Assembly: GCA_049303575.1 (NCBI GenBank)
Contig: JBAQNH010000002.1
Span: 247,932-311,931 of the forward strand
Direction: 5' to 3'
Source: Microgenomates group bacterium
GTDB taxonomy: Bacteria > Patescibacteriota > Microgenomatia > UBA1400 > MFAQ01
DNA: 64,000 bases
The notes under the pieces were generated by a model. It saw only the letters and a program-made list of their open reading frames with translations. It ran no database searches and was not told where the DNA came from. Positions 30,778 through 40,157 of the stretch are shown piece after piece. Each line of letters opens with the position of its first letter. The stretch's first letter is position 1. The position numbers and the translations under genes were made by a program.

Positions 30778-31377
30778 ATGAACAAACAAGTATACGCAAC
30801 CAAGACAGAAATGTCACAGACCTTCGTCGAAGGTAAGCGGATCCCCTTGACCGTCCTCACGGTAGATCCTCACGTGGTTATTTCTCAAAAAACTATTGAT
30901 AAAGACGGATACCAAGCTACAGTCTTGGGTATTGGAAACAAAAAGAGAGCCAACAAGCCTCTTGCTGGTTTCCTTAAAAAAGCCGGCATCGGCACAACTC
31001 CTAAATTAATTAGAGAAGTCTCCGAAGAAGTAACTGATATTAATTTGGCCGAAATTTTAGTTCCTGGTTCCCTGGTCAACGTCACTGCCACTTCCAAAGG
31101 CAAAGGTACCTCCGGTGTTATGAAGCGTTGGGGTATGCACGGTGGTCCTCGTACTCACGGTCAATCCGACAGAGGTCGTGCACCTGGTTCTATTGGTCGA
31201 GGCACTACTCCGGGTAGAGTTGTCAAAGGCAAACACATGGCCGGTCGCATGGGCAACGTCAACGTCACTATCGAAAACCTGAAAATTCACTCATTTGACG
31301 CGCAGACAGGTATTCTTCAAATTACCGGTTCTATTCCCGGTTCCCGCGGCGCTGTTACCAAGATCACTATTTTATAA
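30778..31377 (+). CDS. rplC: 50S ribosomal protein L3
   Basis: 199 aa L3 family. Confidence 0.93.
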   Translation: MNKQVYATKTEMSQTFVEGKRIPLTVLTVDPHVVISQKTIDKDGYQATVLGIGNKKRANKPLAGFLKKAGIGTTPKLIREVSEEVTDINLAEILVPGSLVNVTATSKGKGTSGVMKRWGMHGGPRTHGQSDRGRAPGSIGRGTTPGRVVKGKHMAGRMGNVNVTIENLKIHSFDAQTGILQITGSIPGSRGAVTKITIL

Positions 31378-31380
31378 ACT

Positions 31381-31998
31381 ATGGCTACTAAAAAAATTCT
31401 CACCACCGAGCCCAAGGATCTTTCGATTTTCGACAAGGAAGTCTCACCCTCACTTCTTGCCCAGGCAATCTATGTTTATCAGGAAAACTCCCACATTGGA
31501 GTTTCCAAAGTCAAAACACGTGGAGAAGTTGATTTCACCAAAAAGAAAGTCTACAAACAAAAAGGTACTGGTAATGCCCGTCATGGCGCCAAATCCGCCC
31601 CCATCTTTGTTGGTGGTGGTGTAGTTTTCGGCCCTCGCGGTTTGAAGCTCACTCCTAAATCTCTCAATAAAAAAATGAAGATTAAAGCCCTTCTTGGAGC
31701 TCTTTCTCTCTACAACAGAGAAAAGCGCCTCTCCCTGCTAGACACGGCCGCTATCAAGGACTCCTCGACCAAATCTGCTCTCAGTTTACTAGGTGCAGAG
31801 AAACTCGGACTTGTTCATTTTAACGAAGACCCCAAAACACTTAAATCTATCGGAAATCTGGACAACGTAGTTCTTCTCTCCGCCAATCGTCTAAATGTCT
31901 ATAAAGTAGTTCAAAGCCCTAAGATCGTCCTCACTCCCAGTGCCTACACTCACTTAGTCGAAAGATTGAAATCTGTTTTATTGACTAAATCCAAATAA
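31381..31998 (+). CDS. rplD: 50S ribosomal protein L4
   Basis: 205 aa L4 family. Confidence 0.9.
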   Translation: MATKKILTTEPKDLSIFDKEVSPSLLAQAIYVYQENSHIGVSKVKTRGEVDFTKKKVYKQKGTGNARHGAKSAPIFVGGGVVFGPRGLKLTPKSLNKKMKIKALLGALSLYNREKRLSLLDTAAIKDSSTKSALSLLGAEKLGLVHFNEDPKTLKSIGNLDNVVLLSANRLNVYKVVQSPKIVLTPSAYTHLVERLKSVLLTKSK

Positions 31999-32000
31999 AC

Positions 32001-32309
32001 ATGTCTACACCTTTAATTCACCAAAACACCATTATTAGTCCGGTTGTCACTGAGAAAAGTTATGCTCTTTCGGCTCTCGACAAATACGTTTTTAACGTTG
32101 CCCCAAGTGCCAGTAAATATCAGATCAAAAAAGCCGTTGAAGATCTCTTCAAAGTTAATGTTCTCAGTATTAATACTGTAAAACACGGTTCCAGACCAAT
32201 GAAATCCAGAAAAACAGGTCGCCACATTACCCTTCCTGTGAGTAAAAAAGCCATTGTTAAAATTAAAGCCGGTCAAAAGATCGAACTCTTTAATACTGTT
32301 AAATCATAA
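32001..32309 (+). CDS. rplW: 50S ribosomal protein L23
   Basis: 102 aa, position and family. Confidence 0.9.
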   Translation: MSTPLIHQNTIISPVVTEKSYALSALDKYVFNVAPSASKYQIKKAVEDLFKVNVLSINTVKHGSRPMKSRKTGRHITLPVSKKAIVKIKAGQKIELFNTVKS

Positions 32310-32314
32310 AGATT

Positions 32315-33073
32315 ATGAAGACCCAAGCACCCAAAAAACTAAGAAAATTAAATCCCAAATCGTCAGGCCGTAATTTTTCTGGTAAAATAACAGTTCGCCA
32401 TCAAGGTGGTCGCGAAACACGTTTTCTCCGTCATATTGACTGGAAGCGTAATGTTGCGCTGACTGCTAAAGTGGCTTCTATCGAATACGACCCAAATCGT
32501 ACCGCCGATATTGCTCTTTTAGTCTATGGAAATGGTGTCAAAGATTATATTCTTGCCCCGCAAGGACTTAAAATCGGAGACGTCATCGTTTCTTCCGAAA
32601 CCGCTGAAATTAAAATCGGTAACTGTTTACCTTTAAAAAATATCCCGATTGGTATCCAGATTCATAATCTGGAAATCACTCCTGGAAAAGGCGCCCAAAT
32701 GGTAAGATCGGCCGGAAACTCCGCTACGGTCCAATCCAAAGAAGGCGAGCTAGTTTCCGTCAAACTTCCTTCAGGTGAAATCCGCGTTTTCAAAGGTGAC
32801 TGTAAGGCCACCATTGGAAGTCTCACCAACGAACACCACAAAGAAGAAATCATTGGCAGCGCTGGTCGTGCCCGCCACATGGGTCGTCGCCCCTCAGTTC
32901 GTGGTGTTGCTCAAGATCCAAGATCTCACCCTCACGGTGGTGGAGAAGGTCGTTCCGGAGTTGGTATGAAATCTCCTAAATCCCCCTGGGGTAAGAGAAC
33001 CATGGGTAAGAGAACCAGAGACAAAAAGAAATACAGTAATAAATCAATTATTAAACATCGCTACAACCATTAA
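32315..33073 (+). CDS. rplB: 50S ribosomal protein L2
   Basis: HPHGGGEGR motif; Lys-rich C-terminus. Confidence 0.95.
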   Translation: MKTQAPKKLRKLNPKSSGRNFSGKITVRHQGGRETRFLRHIDWKRNVALTAKVASIEYDPNRTADIALLVYGNGVKDYILAPQGLKIGDVIVSSETAEIKIGNCLPLKNIPIGIQIHNLEITPGKGAQMVRSAGNSATVQSKEGELVSVKLPSGEIRVFKGDCKATIGSLTNEHHKEEIIGSAGRARHMGRRPSVRGVAQDPRSHPHGGGEGRSGVGMKSPKSPWGKRTMGKRTRDKKKYSNKSIIKHRYNH

Positions 33074-33075
33074 TT

Positions 33076-33360
33076 ATGTCTAGAAGTTCGGTAAAAGGAC
33101 CATACGTTGATGAGAAGCTCATCATTAAAATAGAGCGACTCAAAAACTCGGGCAAAAAAGAGCCTATCAAAACCTGGGCAAGATCCTCACAGATCCCCCC
33201 GGAATTTGTTGGCTACACTTTTTCAGTCCACAACGGTAAAGTCTTCAAGGACGTTTTCATCACCGAAGACATGGTTGGTCACCGTTTGGGAGAGTTTTCT
33301 CTAACCAGAACTTTCCGTGGTCACGGACGCATCGTCAAGAGACTCTTAACCAAAACCTAA
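33076..33360 (+). CDS. rpsS: 30S ribosomal protein S19
   Basis: [12 protein letters not shown]... GHRLGEF. Confidence 0.95.
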   Translation: MSRSSVKGPYVDEKLIIKIERLKNSGKKEPIKTWARSSQIPPEFVGYTFSVHNGKVFKDVFITEDMVGHRLGEFSLTRTFRGHGRIVKRLLTKT

Positions 33361-33366
33361 AATACT

Positions 33367-33840
33367 ATGGCTACTCTTAATAATAAAGAAAACTCCAACA
33401 TCATTACTGCACGTGCCAGTCACGTGTTGTCTTCGCCTCGTAAAACCAATCTTATTCTTAAGGCTCTAGTTGGTCGTCCGGCTCTTCTCGCCATAAAACA
33501 GCTCGCCGTCATCCAAAAAAGAGCTTCAGATCCTGTAGCTAAACTCATCAAACAGGCTATTGGTAATGCTGTCTCGCTTAAACAGGCTTCCCCAGACTCC
33601 CTAATAATTGCCTCCGCTTTTGCTACTAAAGGCCGCACTATCAAACGCGCCCACATCGGTGGCCGTGGTCGTACTAAACCTTACGAGAGAATTTCTTCCC
33701 ATTTAACCCTAAGTCTTAGAGTTGCTACCCCCAAAGTCATTACCCCCAAAGTTGAAGCCGCTCCTAAGGTCGAGGTCAAAGAGGTCAAAAAAGAAGCAAT
33801 CAAAAAAGTAAAAGCAGCCACCACTAAAAAAACTAAATAA
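33367..33840 (+). CDS. rplV: 50S ribosomal protein L22 with Lys/Ala/Pro-rich C-terminal extension
   Basis: L22 core plus PKVITPKVEAAPKVEVKEVKK tail. Confidence 0.9.
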   Translation: MATLNNKENSNIITARASHVLSSPRKTNLILKALVGRPALLAIKQLAVIQKRASDPVAKLIKQAIGNAVSLKQASPDSLIIASAFATKGRTIKRAHIGGRGRTKPYERISSHLTLSLRVATPKVITPKVEAAPKVEVKEVKKEAIKKVKAATTKKTK

Positions 33841-33841
33841 C

Positions 33842-34495
33842 ATGGGTAAAAAAGTCAATCCAACCATTTTTAGAACCGGATACATCTTTCCAACTAAGTC
33901 CGTTTGGTACAGTAACTTCAAAAACTACGCTAAGTTTGTTCTCGAAGACAACAGTATTCGACGTTACCTGGAAGAAAAATTGAAACTTGCTGGCATCACC
34001 AACATCGAAATCAAACGTAGTATCAACACCGTTGATATCTTTATGTATGTTTCTCGTCCCGGTGTGGTCATTGGTAGAGGTGGATCTTCCCTAGAACAAC
34101 TCAAAAAAGACGTTGAAAAACTTCTCAAGATCGATCTCAAAGCCAAAAACGCCATCAAGATCAATCTTCACCCCATGGAGATCAAAAATCCCGAACTCTC
34201 CGCCGGTATCATTGTCGACAGACTAGCCAATCAACTTGAACACCGCTATCCTTTCCGTCGTGCCGCTAACCAAGCCATCGAAAAAGTTATGGCTGCCGGT
34301 GCCAAGGGTGTCAAAATCGTTTTTGCTGGCCGTATTGATGGAGCTGAAATTGCCCGTACCGAAAAATTCAAACAGGGCCGTATCCCTACTCAAACTCTTC
34401 GTGCCAATATCGACTATGTTGAAAAACCAGCTCTAACCCGTTCTGGCTACGTTGGTATTAAAGTCTGGATTTATACCGGAGACATCATCATCTAA
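33842..34495 (+). CDS. rpsC: 30S ribosomal protein S3
   Basis: KH domain and S3 C-terminal domain. Confidence 0.95.
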   Translation: MGKKVNPTIFRTGYIFPTKSVWYSNFKNYAKFVLEDNSIRRYLEEKLKLAGITNIEIKRSINTVDIFMYVSRPGVVIGRGGSSLEQLKKDVEKLLKIDLKAKNAIKINLHPMEIKNPELSAGIIVDRLANQLEHRYPFRRAANQAIEKVMAAGAKGVKIVFAGRIDGAEIARTEKFKQGRIPTQTLRANIDYVEKPALTRSGYVGIKVWIYTGDIII

Positions 34496-34509
34496 AAACC
34501 TAAAAGACT

Positions 34510-34923
34510 ATGCTACAACCATCAAGACGAAAATACAGAAAAGAATTTAGAGGTTCTATGGGTGGAGTCGCCACCAGAAGTAACTTCTTAGCTTACGGTG
34601 ACTTCGGTATTAAAGCCGAGGGTTGTGGTTGGCTTACTGCCGCCGAGATTGAGTCTGCTCGTCGCACCATCACTCACCACACCAAACGTGTTGGTAAATT
34701 CTTCCTTCGTGTTTTCCCTCACAAACCAATTGGTTGGAAAACCCCAGGCGCCCGTATGGGTTCCGGAAAATCTGATGTTTCAGCCTATGTCGCCGTCGTC
34801 AAACCTGGTCAGATCCTTATGGAACTTTCCGGTGTTAGTCGAGAAGTCGCCGCTGAGGCTATTCGTCTTGCCGGTCACAAAATCTCCGTTAAAACCAAAT
34901 TTATAGAAAAAGACAATGCCTAA
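34510..34923 (+). CDS. rplP: 50S ribosomal protein L16
   Basis: 137 aa L16 family. Confidence 0.95.
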   Translation: MLQPSRRKYRKEFRGSMGGVATRSNFLAYGDFGIKAEGCGWLTAAEIESARRTITHHTKRVGKFFLRVFPHKPIGWKTPGARMGSGKSDVSAYVAVVKPGQILMELSGVSREVAAEAIRLAGHKISVKTKFIEKDNA

Positions 34924-35077
34924 AACCAAGATCGAAACTCCCATGGAAACCTTAGACGAGCTAAAAATTAAATTGGCCGATATCAAACTGAAAATTAAAG
35001 CCGGTCAGGAAAAAAACACCAACGCTCACAAGAAAACCAAAGTTCAAATTGCTCAATTGCTATCAAGATCAAAATAA
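34916..35077 (+). CDS. rpmC: 50S ribosomal protein L29 (53 aa, below the ORF-track cutoff)
   Basis: ATG at 34916 overlaps the rplP stop; MPKTKIETPMETLDELKIKLADIKLKIKAGQ...; expected position between rplP and rpsQ. Confidence 0.8.
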   Translation: MPKTKIETPMETLDELKIKLADIKLKIKAGQEKNTNAHKKTKVQIAQLLSRSK

Positions 35078-35078
35078 T

Positions 35079-35306
35079 ATGAAAAAACACTTAATCGGAA
35101 CCGTCAAAAGCGCCAAGATGATCAAAACTGCTGTTGTTGACGTGGTTCATTTCCAAGTTCACCCCAAATACCTCAAACGTATCAAGGTCAACAAATCCTA
35201 CACCGCTCACAATGAAATCGGAGCCAAAGAAGGCGACAGTGTCCGTCTCGAAGAAACCCGACCTATTAGTAAAAACAAACACTGGCAAATAACTAAAGTT
35301 CTATGA
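35079..35306 (+). CDS. rpsQ: 30S ribosomal protein S17
   Basis: [20 protein letters not shown]; the track start at 35049 is an upstream TTG. Confidence 0.92.
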   Translation: MKKHLIGTVKSAKMIKTAVVDVVHFQVHPKYLKRIKVNKSYTAHNEIGAKEGDSVRLEETRPISKNKHWQITKVL

Positions 35307-35677
35307 TTCAACTAAGATCAGTTCTCAATGTTGCCGATAACTCCGGTGCCAAACTAGTCAAGGTCATCCTTGTTCATGGTGGTTCTCATCGCAGATTTGG
35401 TTTCGTGGGTGACATCGTCACTGCCGCAGTTGAAGGTGCAGACGCGAGCGGCACCGTTAAAGACAAACAAGTTGTTAAGGCCGTCATCGTCCGTTGCCGC
35501 AAGGAAACTGGTCGTTCGGATGGTACTTACGTTCGTTTTGATGACAATGCCGTCGTTATTATTGACTCGATTGCCGGTAAGCTACCTCTCGGAACCCGTA
35601 TCTTTGGCCCCATTGCCAGAGAAGTCAAGGACAGAGGATTCGCCAAAATTGCTTCCTTAGCACCCGAAGTCGTCTAA
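35303..35677 (+). CDS. rplN: 50S ribosomal protein L14
   Basis: [17 protein letters not shown]. Confidence 0.97.
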   Translation: MIQLRSVLNVADNSGAKLVKVILVHGGSHRRFGFVGDIVTAAVEGADASGTVKDKQVVKAVIVRCRKETGRSDGTYVRFDDNAVVIIDSIAGKLPLGTRIFGPIAREVKDRGFAKIASLAPEVV

Positions 35678-35683
35678 AAGTAT

Positions 35684-36010
35684 ATGTTTAAATTTAAAAT
35701 CAACGACACCATAAAAATCACCGCCGGCAAAGACAAAGGTCGCACAGGTAAGATCCTCAAAGTTCTTCCTCAAGATCAAAAAGTTTTAGTCGAAGGTCTT
35801 AATGTTTACAAAAAACATCTCAAACCCAAGGGTAATGAAGCAGGTTCAATCGTGACTCTTCCCAGAGCCATTTCTACCGCCTCGGTCGCTCTTGTCTGTC
35901 CTAGTTGTGGCAAAGCCACCAGAGTTGGTTTTGATGCCAGCCAGACACCCAAAGTCAGAGTCTGCCACTTATGTCGTCAAGTTATTACCGGTGAAACCAA
36001 GAAAAAATGA
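35684..36010 (+). CDS. rplX: 50S ribosomal protein L24 carrying CxxC...CxxC in its C-terminal half
   Basis: KOW motif ITAGKDKGRTGKILKV; CPSCGKATRVGF...VRVCHLCRQ. Confidence 0.9.
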   Translation: MFKFKINDTIKITAGKDKGRTGKILKVLPQDQKVLVEGLNVYKKHLKPKGNEAGSIVTLPRAISTASVALVCPSCGKATRVGFDASQTPKVRVCHLCRQVITGETKKK

Positions 36011-36558
36011 CACAAACTCTTAAAGAAAACTATTTAAAGACCATAAGACCGGCTCTGCAAAAAGAACTCGGACTCTCTTCTGTTGAAGCTACTCCAAAAT
36101 TGGAGAAGATCACTCTCAACACCAGTTCCCGTGACTTCAAAACCGACAAAGAACTTCTTACCAAAACAAAAGCCTGGATTGCCACCATTACCGGTCAGAC
36201 TCCAGTCGAAACCAAGGCCAAGCACAGTATCGCTGCCTTCAATCTTCGTGAAGGTGAAGTCGTTGGTGTCAAGGTTACTCTAAGAGGTAATCGCATGTAT
36301 GACTTTTTCCAAAAGTTGACCTCCATCGTACTTCCCCGTATTAAAGACTTCCAAGGTGTTTCCAAGACTACGGTCGACAAAAGTGGTAACTACACTCTCG
36401 GTCTTTCCGAGCAGATTGTGTTCCCCGAGGTCGAATATGATAAAATAGGCAGGATTCAAGGCTTGGAAATTACTATTTCAACGAGTGCCAAAGACGCCGC
36501 CTCCTCCTTAATGCTTCTCACCGCTCTCGGCATGCCTTTTACCAAAGAAGCAAAATAA
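36007..36558 (+). CDS. rplE: 50S ribosomal protein L5
   Basis: 183 aa L5 family. Confidence 0.95.
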   Translation: MTQTLKENYLKTIRPALQKELGLSSVEATPKLEKITLNTSSRDFKTDKELLTKTKAWIATITGQTPVETKAKHSIAAFNLREGEVVGVKVTLRGNRMYDFFQKLTSIVLPRIKDFQGVSKTTVDKSGNYTLGLSEQIVFPEVEYDKIGRIQGLEITISTSAKDAASSLMLLTALGMPFTKEAK

Positions 36559-36565
36559 GCTAAAC

Positions 36566-36751
36566 ATGGCTAAAACAAGTAAAATCGAAAAATCAAAAAG
36601 ACTGAAAGGTCACTCGACCAGAGATCATCGTCGCTGTCAGCTTTGTGGTAGACCTCGTGGTGTTATCCGTATCTTCGGATTATGCCGCTTGTGCTTCCGC
36701 GAGTTAGCTCACAAAGGTGAACTTCCGGGCGTCTACAAAATGTCAAAATAA
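36566..36751 (+). CDS. rpsN: 30S ribosomal protein S14 type Z (zinc-binding)
   Basis: 61 aa; CQLCGRP...CRLCFR. Confidence 0.95.
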   Translation: MAKTSKIEKSKRLKGHSTRDHRRCQLCGRPRGVIRIFGLCRLCFRELAHKGELPGVYKMSK

Positions 36752-36752
36752 T

Positions 36753-37142
36753 ATGGATACAATCGCAGACTTCATCACCATTATCAGAAACGGCTATCTC
36801 GCAAAAAAAGATACTGTTGTGGCTAAACACACCATTATCAGCGAGGGAATAGCTAAGCTTCTTAAAGCCGACGGTTTCATCGTCGACTACTCAGTCGAAA
36901 ACACCAAACCTTCGAAGAAAATTATCATAACCCTTCGTTATTTCGACAAGAACCTTCCCGCCATTACCGGCATCAAACGCATCAGTAAGGGAAGTGTTCG
37001 TATCTACTCCGGCTTCAACGAAATTCCTCAAGCCCTCTCTGGCGCCGGCACCACTATTATCTCCACATCAGCTGGTCTTATGACCGGTAAAACCGCCCAC
37101 GAAAAACATCTCGGCGGTGAAGTTATCTGTCAAATTTGGTAA
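36753..37142 (+). CDS. rpsH: 30S ribosomal protein S8
   Basis: MDTIADFITIIRNG start; the track start at 36717 overlaps rpsN. Confidence 0.93.
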   Translation: MDTIADFITIIRNGYLAKKDTVVAKHTIISEGIAKLLKADGFIVDYSVENTKPSKKIIITLRYFDKNLPAITGIKRISKGSVRIYSGFNEIPQALSGAGTTIISTSAGLMTGKTAHEKHLGGEVICQIW

Positions 37143-37148
37143 AAAAAT

Positions 37149-37697
37149 ATGAGCCGCATTGGACGCAAACCACTATATCTTCCTGAAACTGTCAAAGTTG
37201 AAAAACTAGACGGTCTACTTAGATTCACCGGTCCCAAAGGGACACTCGAGTCTGTAGTTCCCAAGGAAATAAATGTTGAACAAAAAGAAAATGTTCTAAA
37301 CTTCACCCGCGAAAACGACATTCCTGCCGTTCGTGCACTTCATGGTCTCGCTCGTCGTTTGGCTCAAAACTGTGTCACTGGAGTTACCGAAGGTTTTGAA
37401 AAACATCTTCAACTCTTAGGTACCGGTTACCGTGTTGCCAACTCTGGTGAAGGTATTTCTCTATCTCTCGGTTTTAGTCACCCCGTCATCTTCAAAAAAG
37501 TTCCTGGAGTAAATATTGTTGTCGAAGGTCAAGACAAAATTCATATTTCCGGAATTGACAAACAACTAGTCGGTCAAGTCGCTGCAAACATTAGAGAGCT
37601 CAAGAAACCTGAACCCTACAAGGGTAAAGGAATCCGCTACTCCGATGAAGTCGTCATCAAGAAACAAGGTAAGACCGCTACCAAAACAGCCGCTTAA
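37149..37697 (+). CDS. rplF: 50S ribosomal protein L6
   Basis: MSRIGRKPLYLPETVKV. Confidence 0.95.
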   Translation: MSRIGRKPLYLPETVKVEKLDGLLRFTGPKGTLESVVPKEINVEQKENVLNFTRENDIPAVRALHGLARRLAQNCVTGVTEGFEKHLQLLGTGYRVANSGEGISLSLGFSHPVIFKKVPGVNIVVEGQDKIHISGIDKQLVGQVAANIRELKKPEPYKGKGIRYSDEVVIKKQGKTATKTAA

Positions 37698-37714
37698 TTA
37701 ATTTATTAACAAAA

Positions 37715-38062
37715 ATGATTCAAAACACCTTAACCTCTAAGGCCAGAAGACAGCACCGCGTACGTGCCAAGCTTTTAGCCGGAACCAACCTTCCCCGACT
37801 CACTGTTCTTCGTTCAAACCAGAACATCGGGGCCCAAATTATTAGAAAAGACGGACATGTTCTAGCAGCCGTTACTTCTCAGTCCCTCAAGTCCTTCAAG
37901 GGAACCAAGTTGGCCCAAGCTACCGAAGTTGGAACTCTTTTGGGTAAAATAGCCAAAGAAAACAAAATCGACAGTATCGTTTTCGATCGTGGTGCTTACC
38001 GTTTTCATGGTCGAGTCAAGGCATTGGCCGAGGCAGTTAGAGAGTCAGGAATTAAATTCTAA
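37715..38062 (+). CDS. rplR: 50S ribosomal protein L18
   Basis: 115 aa L18 family. Confidence 0.93.
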   Translation: MIQNTLTSKARRQHRVRAKLLAGTNLPRLTVLRSNQNIGAQIIRKDGHVLAAVTSQSLKSFKGTKLAQATEVGTLLGKIAKENKIDSIVFDRGAYRFHGRVKALAEAVRESGIKF

Positions 38063-38068
38063 AATCAT

Positions 38069-38596
38069 ATGAATCCTTCAAATAACTCAAACAACAATCG
38101 TGGCAGAGGAGGAGATCGTCCTCAACAAGACGGTTTCGAACAAGTTCTTCAAATCCGCCGCGTTAGTAAAAAGACCCAAGGTGGTAGTAACGTTTCTTTC
38201 TCCGCCTTAGTCGTTACCGGAGACAAAAAAGGCAAGGTTGGTCTAGGACTCGCCAAAGCCCCAAACGTTGCCGATGCTATCAAAAAAGCCGTTCGTCTTA
38301 GTAATCGTGACCTCGTCCAAGTTCCTTTGGTAAATGGAACCATTCCTTACGAAACCATTTCCAAGTTTGGTGCTTCCAAAGTACTCTTCCGCCCAGCACC
38401 CAAAGGTACCGGTATTATTGCTGGTTCCTCCATTCGTGCTGTCGTAGAAGCTGCTGGTGTCACCGACATCGTCTGTAAAGCTCTAGGTAGTAACAACAAA
38501 ACAACGAACGCCCGAGCTACCTTCAAAGCTTTAAAACAAGTCGAGTCTCTCGCCAAAAAGTACGCCCTCTTAAAAGAACTTAAAGTTAAAGCCTAA
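38069..38596 (+). CDS. rpsE: 30S ribosomal protein S5
   Basis: dsRBD-like domain and S5 C-terminal domain. Confidence 0.95.
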   Translation: MNPSNNSNNNRGRGGDRPQQDGFEQVLQIRRVSKKTQGGSNVSFSALVVTGDKKGKVGLGLAKAPNVADAIKKAVRLSNRDLVQVPLVNGTIPYETISKFGASKVLFRPAPKGTGIIAGSSIRAVVEAAGVTDIVCKALGSNNKTTNARATFKALKQVESLAKKYALLKELKVKA

Positions 38597-38601
38597 ATCC
38601 T

Positions 38602-39051
38602 ATGAACTTATCTAATCTCCCTCAATCAGTCAAAACAGGAAAAAAACGCCTTGGTCGTGGATATGGTTCTGGAGTTGGCGGTCACACTGTTGGTCGTGGA
38701 CAAAAAGGTCAAAAAACTCGTGGAGTTATCCCTTTATGGTTTGAAGGTGGTCAGCTTCCAATTGTCAGACGTACCCCTTTCATTAAAGGTAAACACCGTT
38801 TCCAGGTAATTAATCTTCAACCAATCACCGTCAACTTTGACATTCTTACTAGCTACTTCGAAGACAAAGCCGTTGTTGATGCCACCTCTTTAGTCAAGAC
38901 TCTCAAAGTCAGTGACAAAGAAGCCAAGCGTGGATTCAAGATCATTGCTACGGGCAAGCTCGAAAAAGCTCTTGAGGTAAACGTTCCCGCTTCTGCCGGA
39001 GCCATCAAAGCCATCGAAAAAGCTGGTGGCAAGTATACTTTTTCTAAGTAA
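38602..39051 (+). CDS. rplO: 50S ribosomal protein L15 (follows rpsE directly; no L30 gene)
   Basis: GRGYGSGVGGHTVGRGQKG motif. Confidence 0.95.
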   Translation: MNLSNLPQSVKTGKKRLGRGYGSGVGGHTVGRGQKGQKTRGVIPLWFEGGQLPIVRRTPFIKGKHRFQVINLQPITVNFDILTSYFEDKAVVDATSLVKTLKVSDKEAKRGFKIIATGKLEKALEVNVPASAGAIKAIEKAGGKYTFSK

Positions 39052-39074
39052 CCTAAAAATTGTACCCCTATTTA

Positions 39075-39100
39075 AAAAGGCCCTTGCTTGGGGCCTTTTT
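39075..39100 (+). terminator. rho-independent terminator after rplO
   Basis: A5-GGCCC-TTGCTT-GGGCC-T5. Confidence 0.6.
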
Positions 39101-39109
39101 GATATAATA
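39101..39109 (+). promoter_or_regulatory. extended -10 promoter (TGaTATAAT) for the first island ORF
   Basis: TGnTATAAT immediately after the terminator T-tract; RBS AGGAGG at 39139-39144, ATG at 39149. Confidence 0.5.
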
Positions 39110-39148
39110 CCGTCAAGCAACTTAAAATGACCTATTCCAGGAGGAAAA

Positions 39149-39526
39149 ATGGACAGAAAATATGTGAAATGTGTCTTGGATAAGGGCTTTGCTATTGTTC
39201 GGGAAAAGGAAAACATTGCCGATGGATGGTTCCCCAATATCACTTTTTTTGGGACCGACGGCAACTTTCTCTTTACTCTTCTCGGTGACTCCAAAAAAAA
39301 ATTCTACGATGCACTTACAAAGCTGGGCGACCCAGAGGCAAATCAAGAAGATCGTCAAGAATTTGACTACTCCACACTTTCCAAAAGTTATACCTTTGAG
39401 TGGAAGTTAGGCTGGCTTTGTGTCTTCGAAACAAATGTCGTAAAAGACAAGACTAAAGACAGTTTGGTTATCATCGACAAAACTTCTGCCAAGAAAATCC
39501 TTGAGGGAATTAAAAATCTAGTCTAG
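39149..39526 (+). CDS. hypothetical protein (125 aa), island ORF 1
   Basis: own promoter, RBS and terminator; no recognisable domain. Confidence 0.5.
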   Translation: MDRKYVKCVLDKGFAIVREKENIADGWFPNITFFGTDGNFLFTLLGDSKKKFYDALTKLGDPEANQEDRQEFDYSTLSKSYTFEWKLGWLCVFETNVVKDKTKDSLVIIDKTSAKKILEGIKNLV

Positions 39527-39532
39527 TCTCTC

Positions 39533-39558
39533 TCCACCCCACCCGGGGTGGTTTTTTG
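39533..39558 (+). terminator. repeated terminator hairpin, copy 1 (CCACCCCACCCGGGGTGG + T6)
   Basis: CCACCCC/GGGGTGG stem; near-identical copies at 40132 and 41321. Confidence 0.65.
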
Positions 39559-39615
39559 TAATATAATATCCCCCAAGCAACTTAAAATTCGATAATTCAA
39601 GAGAAGGAGCCTTAC

Positions 39616-40125
39616 ATGCAGAAAAAACTTGAACTAAGAAGCCAATTTGTTCGCCCGCACTTAATTCAAAGACTGAATAAACCAATCGGTCATGTAAACC
39701 CCTGGTCCTTCGGAGGGGGATTAGAAGACGGTGGTATTAGTCAAGAAGGTATGGATATCTTGAAAGACATCTTTTCTTTTGACTATATGGGATCATCGGA
39801 GTTCGAATGGGGAGCCGTTCCCGCGGCTTTAAACTTTATTGCCCAGCAATCAAGTCTCAAAACGGTCACATCCGGGGAGATTATGGGAGTTTATTACATC
39901 TGTCCGGTTAGTTATGAAGAGGGTGTGAAAGACACAATCAAGGTATTGCTTGAAGATGAACACACCCTTCGATTGAAAGAAGGCTGCGGCCTCAAGGACA
40001 GAGTCAAAAATCTGAATGAGTGGGACGAACGCAACGTTGGTTGGCTCGAACTGGACAACGGTTTCTTCTTCTTCACCGATAAAGAAATGTTTGAGAAAAC
40101 CAAACTTCTTTTTGAAGTTCCCTAA
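39616..40125 (+). CDS. hypothetical protein (169 aa), island ORF 2
   Basis: preceded by a TATAAT box, the shared 5'-UTR motif CAAGCAACTTAAAAT and RBS AAGGAG; no recognisable domain. Confidence 0.5.
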   Translation: MQKKLELRSQFVRPHLIQRLNKPIGHVNPWSFGGGLEDGGISQEGMDILKDIFSFDYMGSSEFEWGAVPAALNFIAQQSSLKTVTSGEIMGVYYICPVSYEEGVKDTIKVLLEDEHTLRLKEGCGLKDRVKNLNEWDERNVGWLELDNGFFFFTDKEMFEKTKLLFEVP

Positions 40126-40131
40126 ATACAT

Positions 40132-40157
40132 CACCACCCCCTACGGGGTGGTTTTTA
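40132..40157 (+). terminator. repeated terminator hairpin, copy 2 (loop variant CCCTACGGGG)
   Basis: CCACCCC-CTAC-GGGGTGG + T5. Confidence 0.6.

Noticed and set aside
27005-37321. Numerous antisense or alternate-frame ORFs within fusA, tuf and the r-protein genes
   Set aside because: Same as above; the r-protein reading frames account for the sequence.
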